Shown piece by piece: positions 1 to 12,060 of a DNA stretch of 64,000 nt. The DNA is from Heptranchias perlo (lineage: Eukaryota): NCBI RefSeq assembly GCF_035084215.1, contig NC_090340.1, positions 2,666,001-2,730,000 on the forward strand, written 5' to 3'. Below the pieces are notes generated by a model. That model saw only the letters and a list, made by a program, of their open reading frames with translations. It searched no databases and was not told the DNA's origin. The translations under genes and the position numbers were made by a program. Position 1 is the stretch's first letter; each line of letters begins with the position of its first letter.

Positions 1-52
1 CAGCTACCAGCCAATCAGCTTCTTCCCCTGTTTATTTCTAGTTTTATTAGTC

Positions 53-720
53 AAGTGAGAGTAGGGTCACCCCTCCACCAATCCCAGTGAGAGTAGGGTC
101 ACCCCTCCACCAATCCCAGTGAGAGTAGGGTCACCCCTCCACCAATCCCAGTGAGAGTAGAGTCACCCCTCCACCAATCCCAGTGAGAGTAGGTTCACCC
201 CTCCACCAATCCCAGTGAGAGTAGGGTCACCCCTCCACCAATCCCAGTGAGAGTAGGGTCACCCCTCCACCAATCCCAGTGAGAGTAGGGTCACCCCTCC
301 ACCAATCCCAGTGAGAGTAGGGTCACCCCTCCACCAATCCCAGTGAGAGTAGGGTCACCCCTCCACCAATCCAAGTGAGAGTAGGGTCACCCCTCCACCA
401 ATCCCAGTGAGAGTAGGGTCACCCCTCCACCAATCCCAGTGAGAGTAGGGTCACCCCTCCACCAATCCCAGTGAGAGTAGGGTCACCCCTCCACCAATCC
501 CAGTGAGAGTAGGGTCACCCCTCCACCAATCCCAGTGAGAGTAGGGTCACCCCTCCACCAATCGCAGTGAGAGTAGGGTCACCACTCCACCAATCCCAGT
601 GAGAGTAGGGTCATCGTTCCACCAATCCCAGTGAGAGTAGGGTCACCACTCCACCAATCCCAGTGAGAGTAGGGTCACCCCTCCACCAATCCCAATGAAT
701 ATAGGGTCACCCCTCCACCT
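53..720. repeat. 32-bp minisatellite (gtgagagtagggtcacccctccaccaatccca)n
   Basis: Exact 32-bp period (gtagggtc at 61, 93, ...), about 20 copies. Confidence 0.95.
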
Positions 721-2500
721 CTCCCAGTGAGTGCAGTCTCCCCTCTCCGCCTCTCCCAGTGAATGTAGCTCCCCCCTCCACCATTCCCAGTGAGTGTAGC
801 TCCCTCCTCCACCTCTCCCAGTGAGTGTAGGCTCCCCCCTCCGCCTCTCCCAGTAAGTGTAGTCTCCCCCCTCCACCATTCCCAGTGAGTGTAGCTCCCC
901 CCTCCACCATTCCCAGTGAATGTAGCTCCCTCCTCCACCTCTCCCAGTGAGTGTAGCTCCCCACTCCGCCTCTCCCAGTGAGTGTAGCTCCCCCCTTCGC
1001 CTCTCCCAGTGAGTGTAGCTCCCCCCTCCGCCTCTCCCAGTGAGTGTAGCTCCCCCCTCAGCCTCTCCCAGTGAGTGTAGCTCCCCCCTCCGCCTCTCCC
1101 AATGAGTGTCGCTCCCCCCTCCGCCTCTCCCAGTGAGTGTAGCTCCCCCCTCCGCCTCTCCCAGTGAGTGTAGCTCCCCCCTCCGCCTCTCCCAGTGAGT
1201 GTAGCTCCCCCCTCCGCCTCTCCCAGTGAGTGTAGGCTCCCCCCTCCACCTCTCCCAGTGAGTGTAGCTCCCCTCTCCGCCTCTCCCAGTGAGTGTAGCT
1301 CCCCCCTCCGCCTCTCCCAGTGAGTGTAGCTCCCCCCTCAGCCTCTCCCAGTGAGTGTAGCTCCCCCCTCCGCCTCTCCCAATGAGTGTCGCTCCCCCCT
1401 CCGCCTCTCCCAGTGAGTGTAGCTCCCCCCTCCGCCTCTCCCAGTGAGTGTAGCTCCCCCCTCCGCCTCTCCCAGTGAGTGTAGGCTCCCCCCTCCACCT
1501 CTCCCAGTGAGTGTAGGCTCCCCCTTCTGCCTCTCCCAGTGAGTGTAGCTCCCCCCTCCACCTCTCCCACTGAGTGTAGGCTCCCCCCTCCACCTCTCCC
1601 ACTGAGTGTAGGCTCCCCCTTCTGCCTCTCCCAGTGAGTGTAGCTCCCCCCTCCACCTCTCCCAGTGAGTGTAGCTCCCCCCTCCGCCTCTCCCAGTGAG
1701 TGTAGGCTCCCCCCTCCACCTCTCCCAGTGAGTGTAGGCTCCCCCTTCTGCCTCTCCCAGTGAGTGTAGCTCCCCCCTCCACCTCTCCCACTGAGTGTAG
1801 GCTCCCCCCTCCACCTCTCCCACTGAGTGTAGGCTCCCCCTTCTGCCTCTCCCACTGAGTGTAGCTCCCCCCTCCACCTCTCCCACTGAGTGTAGCTCCC
1901 CCCTCCGCCTCTCCCAGTGAGTGTAGGCTCCCCCCTCCACCTCTCCCAGTGAGTGTAGGCTCCCCCTTCTGCCTCTCCCAGTGAGTGTAGCTCCCCCCTC
2001 CACCTCTCCCACTGAGTGTAGGCTCCCCCATCCACCTCTCCCACTGAGTGTAGGCTCCCCCTTCTGCCTCTCCCAGTGAGTGTAGCTCCCCCCTCTGCCT
2101 CTCCCAGTGAGTGTAGCTCCCCCCTCCGCCTCTCCCAGTGAGTGTAGGCTCCCCCTTCTGCCTCTCCCAGTGAGTGTAGCTCCCCCCTCTGCCTCTCCCA
2201 GTGAGTGTCGCTCCCCCCTCCGCCTCTCCCAGTGAGTGTAGCTCCCCCCTCCGCCTCTCCCAGTGAGTGTAGCTCCCCCCTCCACCTCTCCCACTGAGTG
2301 TAGGCTCCCCCTTCTGCCTCTCCCACTGAGTGTAGCTCCCCCCTCCACCTCTCCCACTGAGTGTAGGCTCCCCCCTCTGCCTCTCCCAGTGAGTGTAGCT
2401 CCCCCCTCCGCCTCTCCCAGTGAGTGTAGGCTCCCCCCTCTGCCTCTCCCAGTGAGTGTAGCTCCCGCCTTCGCCGGTCCCAGTGAGTTTAGGCCTTCGA
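721..2500. repeat. 31/32-bp C-rich minisatellite (ctcccagtgagtgtagctcccccctccgcct)n
   Basis: Head-to-tail unit related to the preceding 32-mer; explains the spurious Gly-rich ORFs. Confidence 0.95.
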
Positions 2501-2574
2501 GCCTCGACCTTTATTTGAGTCCCTCTGCCACCTCCAGTGCTCCTTTAGGTCTGCTCCCGCCACCTCCGCCACTC

Positions 2575-3785
2575 TCATTCAAAACTAATCCCACTGCTCT
2601 GCTGTCTCCCAATAGCCCTGTATCGATTCAAAACTAATTTAACTGCCCCACCCTCTCCATAGCCCTGTTCAATCCCAAATTAATTCCACTACCCCCTCTC
2701 TCCCCATAGTCCTCCATCAATTCAAAACTTATTCCACTACCCTGCTTTCCCCCCATAGGCCCGTATCAATCCAAAACTAATCCTATTGCCTCGCTCAATC
2801 CCCATAGCCCTCTAACAATTCAAAACCAATCCCACTGCCACGCGCTCTCCCATTGCTCCGTATAAATCCCAAACAAATCCCATTGCCTCATTGTCTTCCC
2901 ATAGCCCTGTATAAATCAAAAACTAATCCCACTGCTCTGCTCTCCCCGTAGCCCAATATCAATCCCAAACTAATCCCTCTTCCCCACGCTCACCCGATCG
3001 CCCTGCTTCAACCCAAATTAGTTTTGGATTGATACAGGGCTACGGGAAGTGAGTGGGGCAATGGTATTAGTTTTTGATTGATACAGGGCTATTTGAAGAG
3101 TGCGGGTTAATGGGATTTGTTTGGGATTGAGAGCGGGGCAGTGGCATTAGTTTGGGATTGGTACAGGGATATGGGGAGAGCGCAGGTCAGTGGGATTCGT
3201 TTTCGATTGATGCAGGGCTATAGAGTAAGAGCGGAGCAGTGATATTAGTTTGGGATTCATACAGGGCTATGAGTAGGATTAATCATCCAGCCCCACACTC
3301 TCCCCATAGCCCTGTATCAATCCAATACCCTGTCCTGCTCTATCCTATAGCCCTGTATATATAGCCCTGCCCTGCTCTTTTCCCATAGTCCTGTCTCAAT
3401 CCAGAAATAATGTCACTGCTGCACTCTCTCCCCATAGTCCTGTACCAATCTCAAACTAATTCCACTGCCGCACTCTCCCCTTAGCCCTGTATCAATTCAA
3501 AATTAATTCCACTGCCGCACTCTCCCCATAGCTCTGAATTACTCCCAAACCTATACCACTGCCCCGCTCTACCCATAGCCCTGTATCAATCCCAAACTAA
3601 TATCACTTCCCCGCTCTCTCCCTATAGCCCTGTATAAATCAAAAACTAACCCTACTGCCCCACTTTCTCCCCATAGCCCTGTACCAATCGCAAACTAATT
3701 TGACTGCTCCGCTCTCCCCATAGCACTGAAACTATCGAAAACTAATGCCACTGCCCAGCTCGTTCCCCAGAGCCCTGTATCAATA
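2575..3785. repeat. Degenerate ~45-bp tandem repeat resembling the CR1 3' end, with an internal inverted block (~3020-3280)
   Basis: Unit aaactaatcccactgccccgctctccccatagccctgtatcaat; its reverse complement resembles CR1 3' ends at ~10168 and ~13777. Confidence 0.8.
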
Positions 3786-3899
3786 ACTTGCATTATCTAG
3801 CACTTTAAGTTAGTAAAACATCCTAAGGCACTTCACATGAGCTTTATCAGACAAAATTTGACACTGAGCCACATAAAGAGATATTAGGACAGGTGACCA

Positions 3900-4622
3900 A
3901 ATACCCTGGGAGTGTTTGAATGGACAGTATGAAGGGAGCTTTACTCTGTATCTAACCCAAGCTGTATCTGCTTCATAGTGTTTGCTGGAACAGTGTCATG
4001 GGAGCTTTACTCTGTATCTAATCCACTCCTTTTCCTACTCTGGAAGTGTTTGATCGGACAATTTAGAGGGAGCATTACTGTGAATCTAACCCGTGCTGTA
4101 TCTGTCCTGGATATGTTTCATCTGACAGTGTAGAGGGAGCTTTACTCTATATTTAACCTGTACTGTACTTGTCTCGTGAGTGTTTGATGGTATAATGTAG
4201 AGGGAGTTTACTCTGTATCTAACCCATGCTGTACTTGACCTGAGAATGTTTGATGGGATGGAACAGTGTAGAGGGAGCTTTACTCTGTATCTAACCTGTG
4301 CTGTACCTGCCCTGGGAGTGTTTGATGAGACAGTGGAGAGGGCATTTATTCTGTATCTAACCCGTGCTGTGGCTGCCCTGGGAGTGTTTGATGGGATAGT
4401 GTAGAAGAAGTTTATTCTGTATCTAACCCGTGCTGTACCTGTCCTGGGAGCGTTTAGTGGGACACTGTAGATGGAGATTTACTTTGGATCTAATCTGTGC
4501 TGTACCTTCCCTGGGAGTGTTTGATGGTACAGTGTTGATGGAGGTTTTCACTGTATCTACACTGTGCTGTACCTTTCGTGGAGGTGTTTAACCGGACAGT
4601 GTAGATGGAGCTTTACTCCGTA
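3900..4622. repeat. 67-bp tandem repeat array (gggagtgtttgatgggacagtgtagagggagctttactctgtatctaacccgtgctgtacctgccct)
   Basis: 67-bp period, diverged copies. Confidence 0.9.
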
Positions 4623-4634
4623 TTTATTAGTGAC

Positions 4635-6175
4635 TATCTATGGCCTACAGTTTTGGTCTTCCCACAAGTGGAAACATCTTCCCTACGTTTACCCTATCAA
4701 ACCCTTTCAGAATCTTAAAGACCTCTATCAGGTCACCCCTCAGTCTTTTTTCGAGAGGAAAGAGCCTCAGCCTGGTTCAATCTTTCCTGAATAGGCATAA
4801 CCTCTCAGTTCTGATATCATCCTTGTAAATCTTTTTTGTAACTTCTCCACTAACTCTATATCCTTTTTATAATATGGAGACCAGGAGGTAATATTAAGCC
4901 CCAAGAACGGGAGGGTTGGGGGTGGGTGGGCAATAATAATAGTGGATTTTTGGAGCGGGAACGCATCCTGGCTCCAACGCGCCCACTTCTGGGTTTAACC
5001 CAAGCACGTTTGGATGCGTGTGCACAACAGACACCCGATATCCCTCCCCCACTTAAAGCTGGCGGGCTGATCCTTAATGGGGCAATGTACCTCATTGCGA
5101 TAATTGAGGTACTTAATCTTTTGTGTATTACAAAAGTAAAACAACTTTAACCTTACCCGTTCGGGTTTCCCATTTCTTACGTTTCACATCAGGTGAAAGC
5201 AGGCGGGAAGTGCTGGATCCATGAGGTGAGGGCCTTTATTGCACTGCTTGTTGGCCCGGAGGAGCAGGAGTGCTTCATTCAGGCCCAACAAGCTCAGCTG
5301 GCATGACATGACCCTGTGATCGGCTCCCCCTGCCACGATGCTGGACGCCCCCCCAGCCCCACCTCCGACTCTTCACATGACCTCCGATCTCCTCTTCATT
5401 TTGGTACGACCTCCGATCTCTACCTAGCATCAGCCCTGCCCCCATTTCCTCCACGGCCCACGATCCCATTTACCCTCTTCTCCGATCCCCGGCCTTCCCA
5501 CCCGACAGCCAGTTAACCTGTCATTCAGGTTGGCTGCTGGATGCAAAGCCGTGTAGTACTCACCTCATTAAGTTCACGATCACAGATTGCGAAGTGTCAA
5601 AAACCTTCCGGGTTTTGCGGCCGATTATCTTCCCCCCAGTCCCTTCCCGCCTCCATTTCAAAATCATGCCCCAGAACTGTTCACAGTACTCTAACTGTGG
5701 TCTAACCAAGGTTCGATACAAGTTTACCAGAAGTTCTCTGCTTTTCAATTCTATCCCTCTAGAGATGAAGCTCAGTGCTTTGTTTGCTTTTTTTATGGCA
5801 TTATTAACCTGCGTTGCAACTTTTAGTGATTTGTGTATATGAACTCCTCTATCTTTGCTCCTCTATCCTGTTTAGGCTCTTATTTTCCAAGCAGTATGTG
5901 GCCTCCTTATTCTTCCCACCAAAATGCAACAGATCATACTTATCTGTATTGAAATTAATTTGCCAATTACACGCCCATTCTGCAAGTTTATTAATGTCTT
6001 TTATTTTGTTGCAGTCTTCCTCAGTTTTAATTATACCCCCCAACATGGTGACATCGACAAATTTTGAAATTGTACTTCCAATTCCCGAGTCCAAATCGTT
6101 TATGTAAAATGTGATCAACAGTGGTCCCAGCACCGATCCTTGTGGAACACCACTTCCAACCTTCCGTCAGCCTGA
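4635..6175 (-). mobile_element. CR1 LINE RT/3' fragment, split by a MITE at 4885-5671
   Basis: Minus-strand ORFs LVRPQLEYCEQFW and LGPLL..YINDLD..ISKFVD; tggagaccag|...|cagaactg rejoins across the MITE. Confidence 0.85.
4885..5671. mobile_element. Non-autonomous DNA transposon (Harbinger-like MITE)
   Basis: 3-bp TSD CAG (4882-4884 / 5672-5674), imperfect GGG..ATTTT-type termini, no coding capacity. Confidence 0.65.
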
Positions 6176-6181
6176 CTCAGA

Positions 6182-6583
6182 CTGAATGAAGCACTCCTGC
6201 TCCTCCGGGCCCACAAGCAGTGCAACAAAGATACTCACATCATGGATCTGGCCCTTCCCGCCTGCTTTCACCTGATGTGAATGGGAAGCAATGGGAAATC
6301 TGAACGGGTAAGGTTAAAGTTGTTTTACTTTTGTAATACACAAAAGATTAAGTACCTCAACTATCGCAATGATAGTACATTGCCTGTTTAAGTATCGGTC
6401 TGTCAGCTTGAAGTGGGGATGGGACCTCCTGGTGTCTGTTGAGTGCATGCAGACAAACCTGGCTGGGCTAAACCTGGAAGTGGGTGAGTTGGAGCCGGGA
6501 TGCGGTCCCGCTCCAAAAACCTGTTAGTGTAACCTCCCACCTGCCTCCAACCCACCAGTTCTCGGGGGTTAAAATTAACCCCC
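6182..6583. mobile_element. Inverted partial second copy of the 4885-5671 MITE
   Basis: Reverse complement of ~4885-5283 (aatcttttgtgtattacaaaagtaaaacaactttaaccttacccgttc is shared). Confidence 0.85.
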
Positions 6584-6890
6584 ATAGATGGGGCTTTACT
6601 CTGTATCTAACCTGTGCTATACCGTCCCGGGGTGTGTTAGATGGAATGGTGCAGATGGAGCTTTACACTGTATCCAACCCATGCTGTAGTTGAACTATGA
6701 ATGTTTGATGGGACAGTGTAGAGGGTGTTTTACTCTGCACCTAACCTTTGCTGTACCTGTCCTGGAAGTACTTGATCCGACAGTGGGAAGGGAGTTTTTT
6801 CTGTATCTAACCAGTGCTGCACTTGATCTGTGATTGTTTGATGGGACAGTGTAGATGGAACTTCACTCTGTATCAGTCCTGTGCTGTGCC
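6584..6890. repeat. 67-bp tandem repeat array
   Basis: Same unit as 3900-4622. Confidence 0.85.
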
Positions 6891-6892
6891 TA

Positions 6893-9800
6893 TATAATAG
6901 ACTTGTTAGCAAAATTAAAGCCCATGGGATTAAAGGGACAGTGGCAGCCTGGATACAAAATTGACTAGGGGACTGAAAGCAGAGAGTAGTGCTGAATGGT
7001 TGTTTTTCAGACTAGAGGGAAGTATACATTGGTTTTCCTCTGGGGATAGTATTAGGACCACTGCTCTTTTTGATATTAATGACCTAAACTTGGGTATAAT
7101 TTCAAAGTTTGGCAGATGACCCCAAACTTGGAAATGTAGTGAACAACATGGAGGATAGTAACAGACTTCAGGAGGACATGGGCAGACTGGTGAAATGGGT
7201 GGATCAAATTTAATGCAGAGAAGTGTGAAGTGATGCATTTTGGTAGGAAGAATGAGGAGAGGCAATATAAATGAAATGGTACAATTTTAAAGGTGGGTGC
7301 AGGAACAGAGAGACCTGGGGGTGCATGTACACAAATCTTTGAAGTTGGCAGGACAAGTTGAGAAGGCTGTTAAAAAAGCAAATGGGATCCTGGGCTTTAT
7401 TATTAGATGCACAGAGTATAAAAGCAAGGAAGTTATGCAAAACCTTTAAAAAGTACTGGTTAGGCTTCAGCTGGAGTATTGTGTTCAATTCTGAGCACCA
7501 CACTTTAGGAAGGTTGTCAAGGCCATGGAGAGGGTGCAGAAGAGTGGTAGTGATCATAATACAGTTAGTTTTAGAATAGTTATGGAAAAGGACAAAGACA
7601 GAGCAGGAGTTAAAGTTTTCAATTGGGGAAAGCCCAATTTTACTAAACTGAGAAGTGATTTAGCAGAAGTAAACGGGAAACAGCTACTTGAAGGTAAATC
7701 AGTGTTAGAGCAGTGGGAGACATTCAAAGGGATTCAGGGTAAACATGTTCCCACAAAGAAAAAGGGAAGGGCTGGCAAATCTCGAGCCTCCTGGATGTCA
7801 AGAAGCAATCAAGGTAAGATAAGGCAGAAAAAGAAAGCCTACGATAGACTCAATATTACGGAAAGCTTAGAGGAGTATACAAAGTGCAGGGGTGAAGTTA
7901 AAAAGGAAATTAGGAAAACAAAGAGAGGGAATGAAAAAATATTAGCAGGTAAAATCAAAGAAAACCCAAAGGTGTTTTTTAAATACATTAAGAGCAAGAG
8001 GATAACTAAGGAAACAGTAGGGCCTATTTGAGACCAAAAAGGTAAACTATGTGTGGAGGCGGAAAATGTGGGTATGGTTCTTAATGAATACTTTGCATCT
8101 GTCTTCACAAAGGAGAGGGATGATGCAGGGATTGAAGTTAAGGAGGAGGAGTGTGAAATATTTGATGGGATAAACATAGTGAGAGAGGAAGTATTAAGGG
8201 GATTAGCATCTTTGAAAGTGGATAAATCACCAGGGCAGGATTAAATGTATTCCAAGCTGTTAAAAGAAGCTAGGGAGGAAATAGCAGAGGCTTTAACAAT
8301 CATTTTCCAAACTTCACTGGATACAGGCGTAATGCCGGAGGATTGGAGGACTGCTAACATTGTATCGTTGTTTAAAAAGGGAGCAAAGGATGGACTGAGT
8401 AATTACAGCCCAGTCCGCCTAACCTCGGTGGTGGGCAAATTATTGGAATCAATTCTGAGGGACAGGATAAAGTGTCACTTAGAAAGTCACGGACTAATCA
8501 AGGACAGTCAGCATGGATTTCTTAAGGGGAGGTCGTGTCTGACTAACTTGATTGAATTTTTCAAGGAGGTGACAAGGAGGATTGATGAGGGTAGCGTAAT
8601 TGATGTAGTCGACATGGATTTTAGCAAGACTTTTGACAAGGTCCCACATGGCAGATTGGTCAAAAAAGTAAAGGCCCATGGGATCTAAGCGAATGTGGCA
8701 AGTTGGATCCAAAATTGGCTCAGTGGCAGGAAGCAAAGGGTAATGGTCGATGAGTGTTTTTGCGACTGGAAGGCGGTTTCCAGTGGGATGCCGCAGGGCT
8801 CGGTACGAGGTCCTTTGCTTTTTGTGGTATACATTAACGATTTGGACTTAAACATAGGGGGCATGATTAAGAAATTTGTGGATGACAAAAAGATAGGCCG
8901 TGTGGTTGATAGTGAGGAGGAAAGCTGTACACTGCAGGAAGAATATCAATGGACTGGTCAGATGGACAGAAAAGTGGCAAATGGAGTTCAATCCGGAGAA
9001 GTGTGAGGTAATGCATTTGGGGAGAGCAAACAAGGCAAGGGAATACACAATAAATGGGAGGATACTGAGAGGTGTAGAGGAAGAGAGGGACCTTGGAGTA
9101 CATGTCCACAGATCCCTGAAGGTAGCAGGACAGGTAGATAAGGTGGTTAAGAAGGCATATGGAATAATTTCCTTTATTAGCCGAGGCATAGAATATAAAA
9201 GCAGGGATGTTATGCTGGAACTGTAATAAAGCACTAGTTGGGCCACAGCTTGAGTACTGTGTACAGTTCTGGTCACCACATTACAGGAAGGATGTAATTA
9301 CACTGGAGAGGGTGCAGAGGAGATTTACGAGGATGTTTCCAGGACTGGAGAATTTTAGCTATGATGACAGATTAGATAGGCTGGAGTTGTTTTCCTTAGA
9401 ACAGAGGAGGCTGAGGGGAGATTTGATTGAGGTGTACAAAATTATGAGGGGCTGAGATAGAGTGGATAGGAAGGACCTATTTCCCTTAGTGGAGGGGTCA
9501 ATAACCAGGGGGCATAGATTTAAAGTGATTGGTAGAAGGATTAGAACGGAAATGAGGAAACATTTTTTCACCCAGAGGGTGGTGGGGGTCTGGAACTCAC
9601 TGCCTGAGAGGGTGGTAGAAGCAGAAACCCTCAACTCATTCAAAAAATACCTGGATGTGCACCTGAAGAGCCGTGACCTGCAGGGCTATGGACCAACTGT
9701 GGTAAAGTGGGATTAGGCTGGGTGGCTCGTTTCTCAGCCAGCGCGGACACGATTGACCGAATGGCCTCCTTCTGTGCCATAAATTTTCTATGATTCTATG

Positions 9801-10288
9801 ATTCTAAGAGATTTACTAGAATGGTACAGGGATGAGGGACTTTAGTTATGTGGAGACACTGGAGAAGCTGGTGTTGTTCTCCTTAGAACAGAGAAGGTTA
9901 AGGGGAGATTTGATAAGGTGTTCAAAATCATAAACAGTTTTGATAGCGTGAATAAGGAGAAACTGTTTCCAGTGGCAGAAGGGACGGTAACCAGAGGACA
10001 CGGATTTAAGGTGACTGGCAAAAGAGCCAGAGGTGACATGAGGAAACATTATTTTACACAGTGAGTTGTAATGATCTGGAATGCGCTGCCTGAAAGGGTG
10101 GTGGAAGCAGATTCAATAGTAACTTTCAAAAGGAAATTAGATAAATACTTGAAGGGAAAACAAAATACAGGGCTAAGGGAATGAGCAGGGGAATGGGGCT
10201 AATTGGATAGCTCTTTCAAAGAGCCTACATGGGCATGACAGGCCAAATGGCCTGCTGCTGTGCTATACCTTCTATGATACTATGATAC
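6893..10288 (+). mobile_element. Older CR1 3' half (6893-7544 and 9806-10288) hosting a nested CR1
   Basis: RT motifs; gggtgcagaagag|...|aagagatttactagaatgg continues across the insert; (ctatgata)n tail. Confidence 0.85.
7545..9805 (+). mobile_element. 5'-truncated CR1 LINE (decayed ORF2)
   Basis: SDHN, KSPG, SQHGF, PQGSV.GP, YINDL motifs with stops and frameshifts; (ttctatga)n tail; 5-bp TSD AAGAG at 7540-7544 / 9806-9810. Confidence 0.92.
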
Positions 10289-10289
10289 C

Positions 10290-12040
10290 TTGAATGGTAG
10301 TGTTTTTTAGGACAGTGTAGATGGAGATTTACTCTGTTTCTACATTGTGCTGTACCTGTCATAGAAGTGTTTGATTGGACAGTGTAGAGGGTGTTTACTC
10401 TGTATCTAACCTGTGCAGTACTTGACCTGGGAGTCTTTGATGGGACAGTGTGGAGGGTGCTTACTCCATATCTAATCTGTGTGGTACTTGACCTGGTAGT
10501 GATTGATGGGACAGTGTGGAGGGAGCTTCACTCTGTATCTAAACTTCCAGTATCTTGCCTGGGAGTGTTTGATGGAACAATGTAGATGGAGCTTTACTCT
10601 GTATCGAACCTGAGCTGTACCTCTCCTGGGAGTGTTTGATGGGACACTGTAGATGGGGCTTTAGGCTGTATAAAACCTGTGCAGTACCTTCCCTAGGAGT
10701 GTTTGATGGGACAGTGTAGATGGAGCTTTACTCTGTATTGAACGTGTGCTGTAGTTGACCTGGGAGTGTTTGATGGGACAGTGTAGAAGGAGCTTTGCAC
10801 TGTATCGAACCTGTGCTGTACCTTTCCTGGGAGAGTTTGATGGAACACTGTAGATCAGGCTATAGGCTGTATCAAACCTGTGCAGTACTTTCCCTGGGAG
10901 TGATTGATGGGACAGTGTAGAGGGAGCCTTACTCTGTATCTAACCCGCACAGTATGTGCCCTGGGAATGTTTGATTGGACACCATAGATGAAGCTTTACT
11001 CTGTATCCAACCCGTGCTATATCTGCCCTGGGAGTGTTTGATGGGACAGTGTAGTGGGACTTTATACTGTATCAAACTCATGGTGTACCTGCCCTGGGAG
11101 TGTTTGATGGGACAGTGTAGTGGGACTTCACACTGTATCAAACCTGTGCTGTACCTGTCTGGGAGTGCTTGATGGGACAACATTGATGGGGCTTTACTCT
11201 GTATCTAACCTGTGCTGTACCTTCCCTGCATGTGTTAGATGGGACAGTGCAGATGAAGCTTTACTCTGTACCATTACTGCGTTGTACCACTCCTGGGAGT
11301 GTTGATGGGACAGTGTAAAGGGTGATTTACATAGCATCTAACGTGTGCTGTACATGTCCTGCAAGTACTTAATCTGACAGTATGGAAGGAGTTGCCTTTG
11401 TATATAAACTAGTGCTGTACTTGACCTGGGAGTCTTTAATGGGACTTTGTAGAGGGAGCTTTATACTGTATTTAACCCTGTATCGAACCCTCACTGTACC
11501 TGCCCTGGGAGTGTTTGATGGGACAGTGTAGAGGGAGTTTTACTCTGTACCTACATTTTCCGGTACCTTCTCTGGAAGTGTTTGATGTGACAGTCAGATG
11601 GGGCTTTACTCTATATCTACACTGTGCTGGACTTGACCTGGGAGTGTTTGATGGGCCTTTGTAGAGGTAGCTTTATACTATATCTAACCCTCTGTATCTG
11701 CCCTGGAAGTGTTTGATTGGACATTGTTGAGGGAGCTTTACTCTGTATTTAACCCGAGCTGTACCTGCCGTGGGAGTGTTTGATGGGACAGTGTAGAGGG
11801 AGCTTTACTCTGTATCTAACCCGTGCTGTACCTGCCCTGGGAATGTTTGATGGGACACTGTAGATGGTGCCTTACTCTGCATCTAATGTTTCCGGTATGT
11901 TCCCTGGGAATGCTGGATGGGATAGGGTAGAGGCAGCTTTACTCTGTATCTAACCCACACTGTACGTACACTGGGAATGTTTGATGGGACACTGTAGATG
12001 GTGCTTTACTCTGTATCTAATGTGTCCCTAATGTGTACTT
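10290..12040. repeat. 67-bp tandem repeat array (~26 copies)
   Basis: Same unit as 3900-4622. Confidence 0.92.
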
Positions 12041-12060
12041 TAAGAACATAAGAACATAAC

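Noticed and set aside
643-2357. Long Gly-rich ORFs (339-462 aa)
   Set aside because: Translations of a stop-poor minisatellite, open in all three frames
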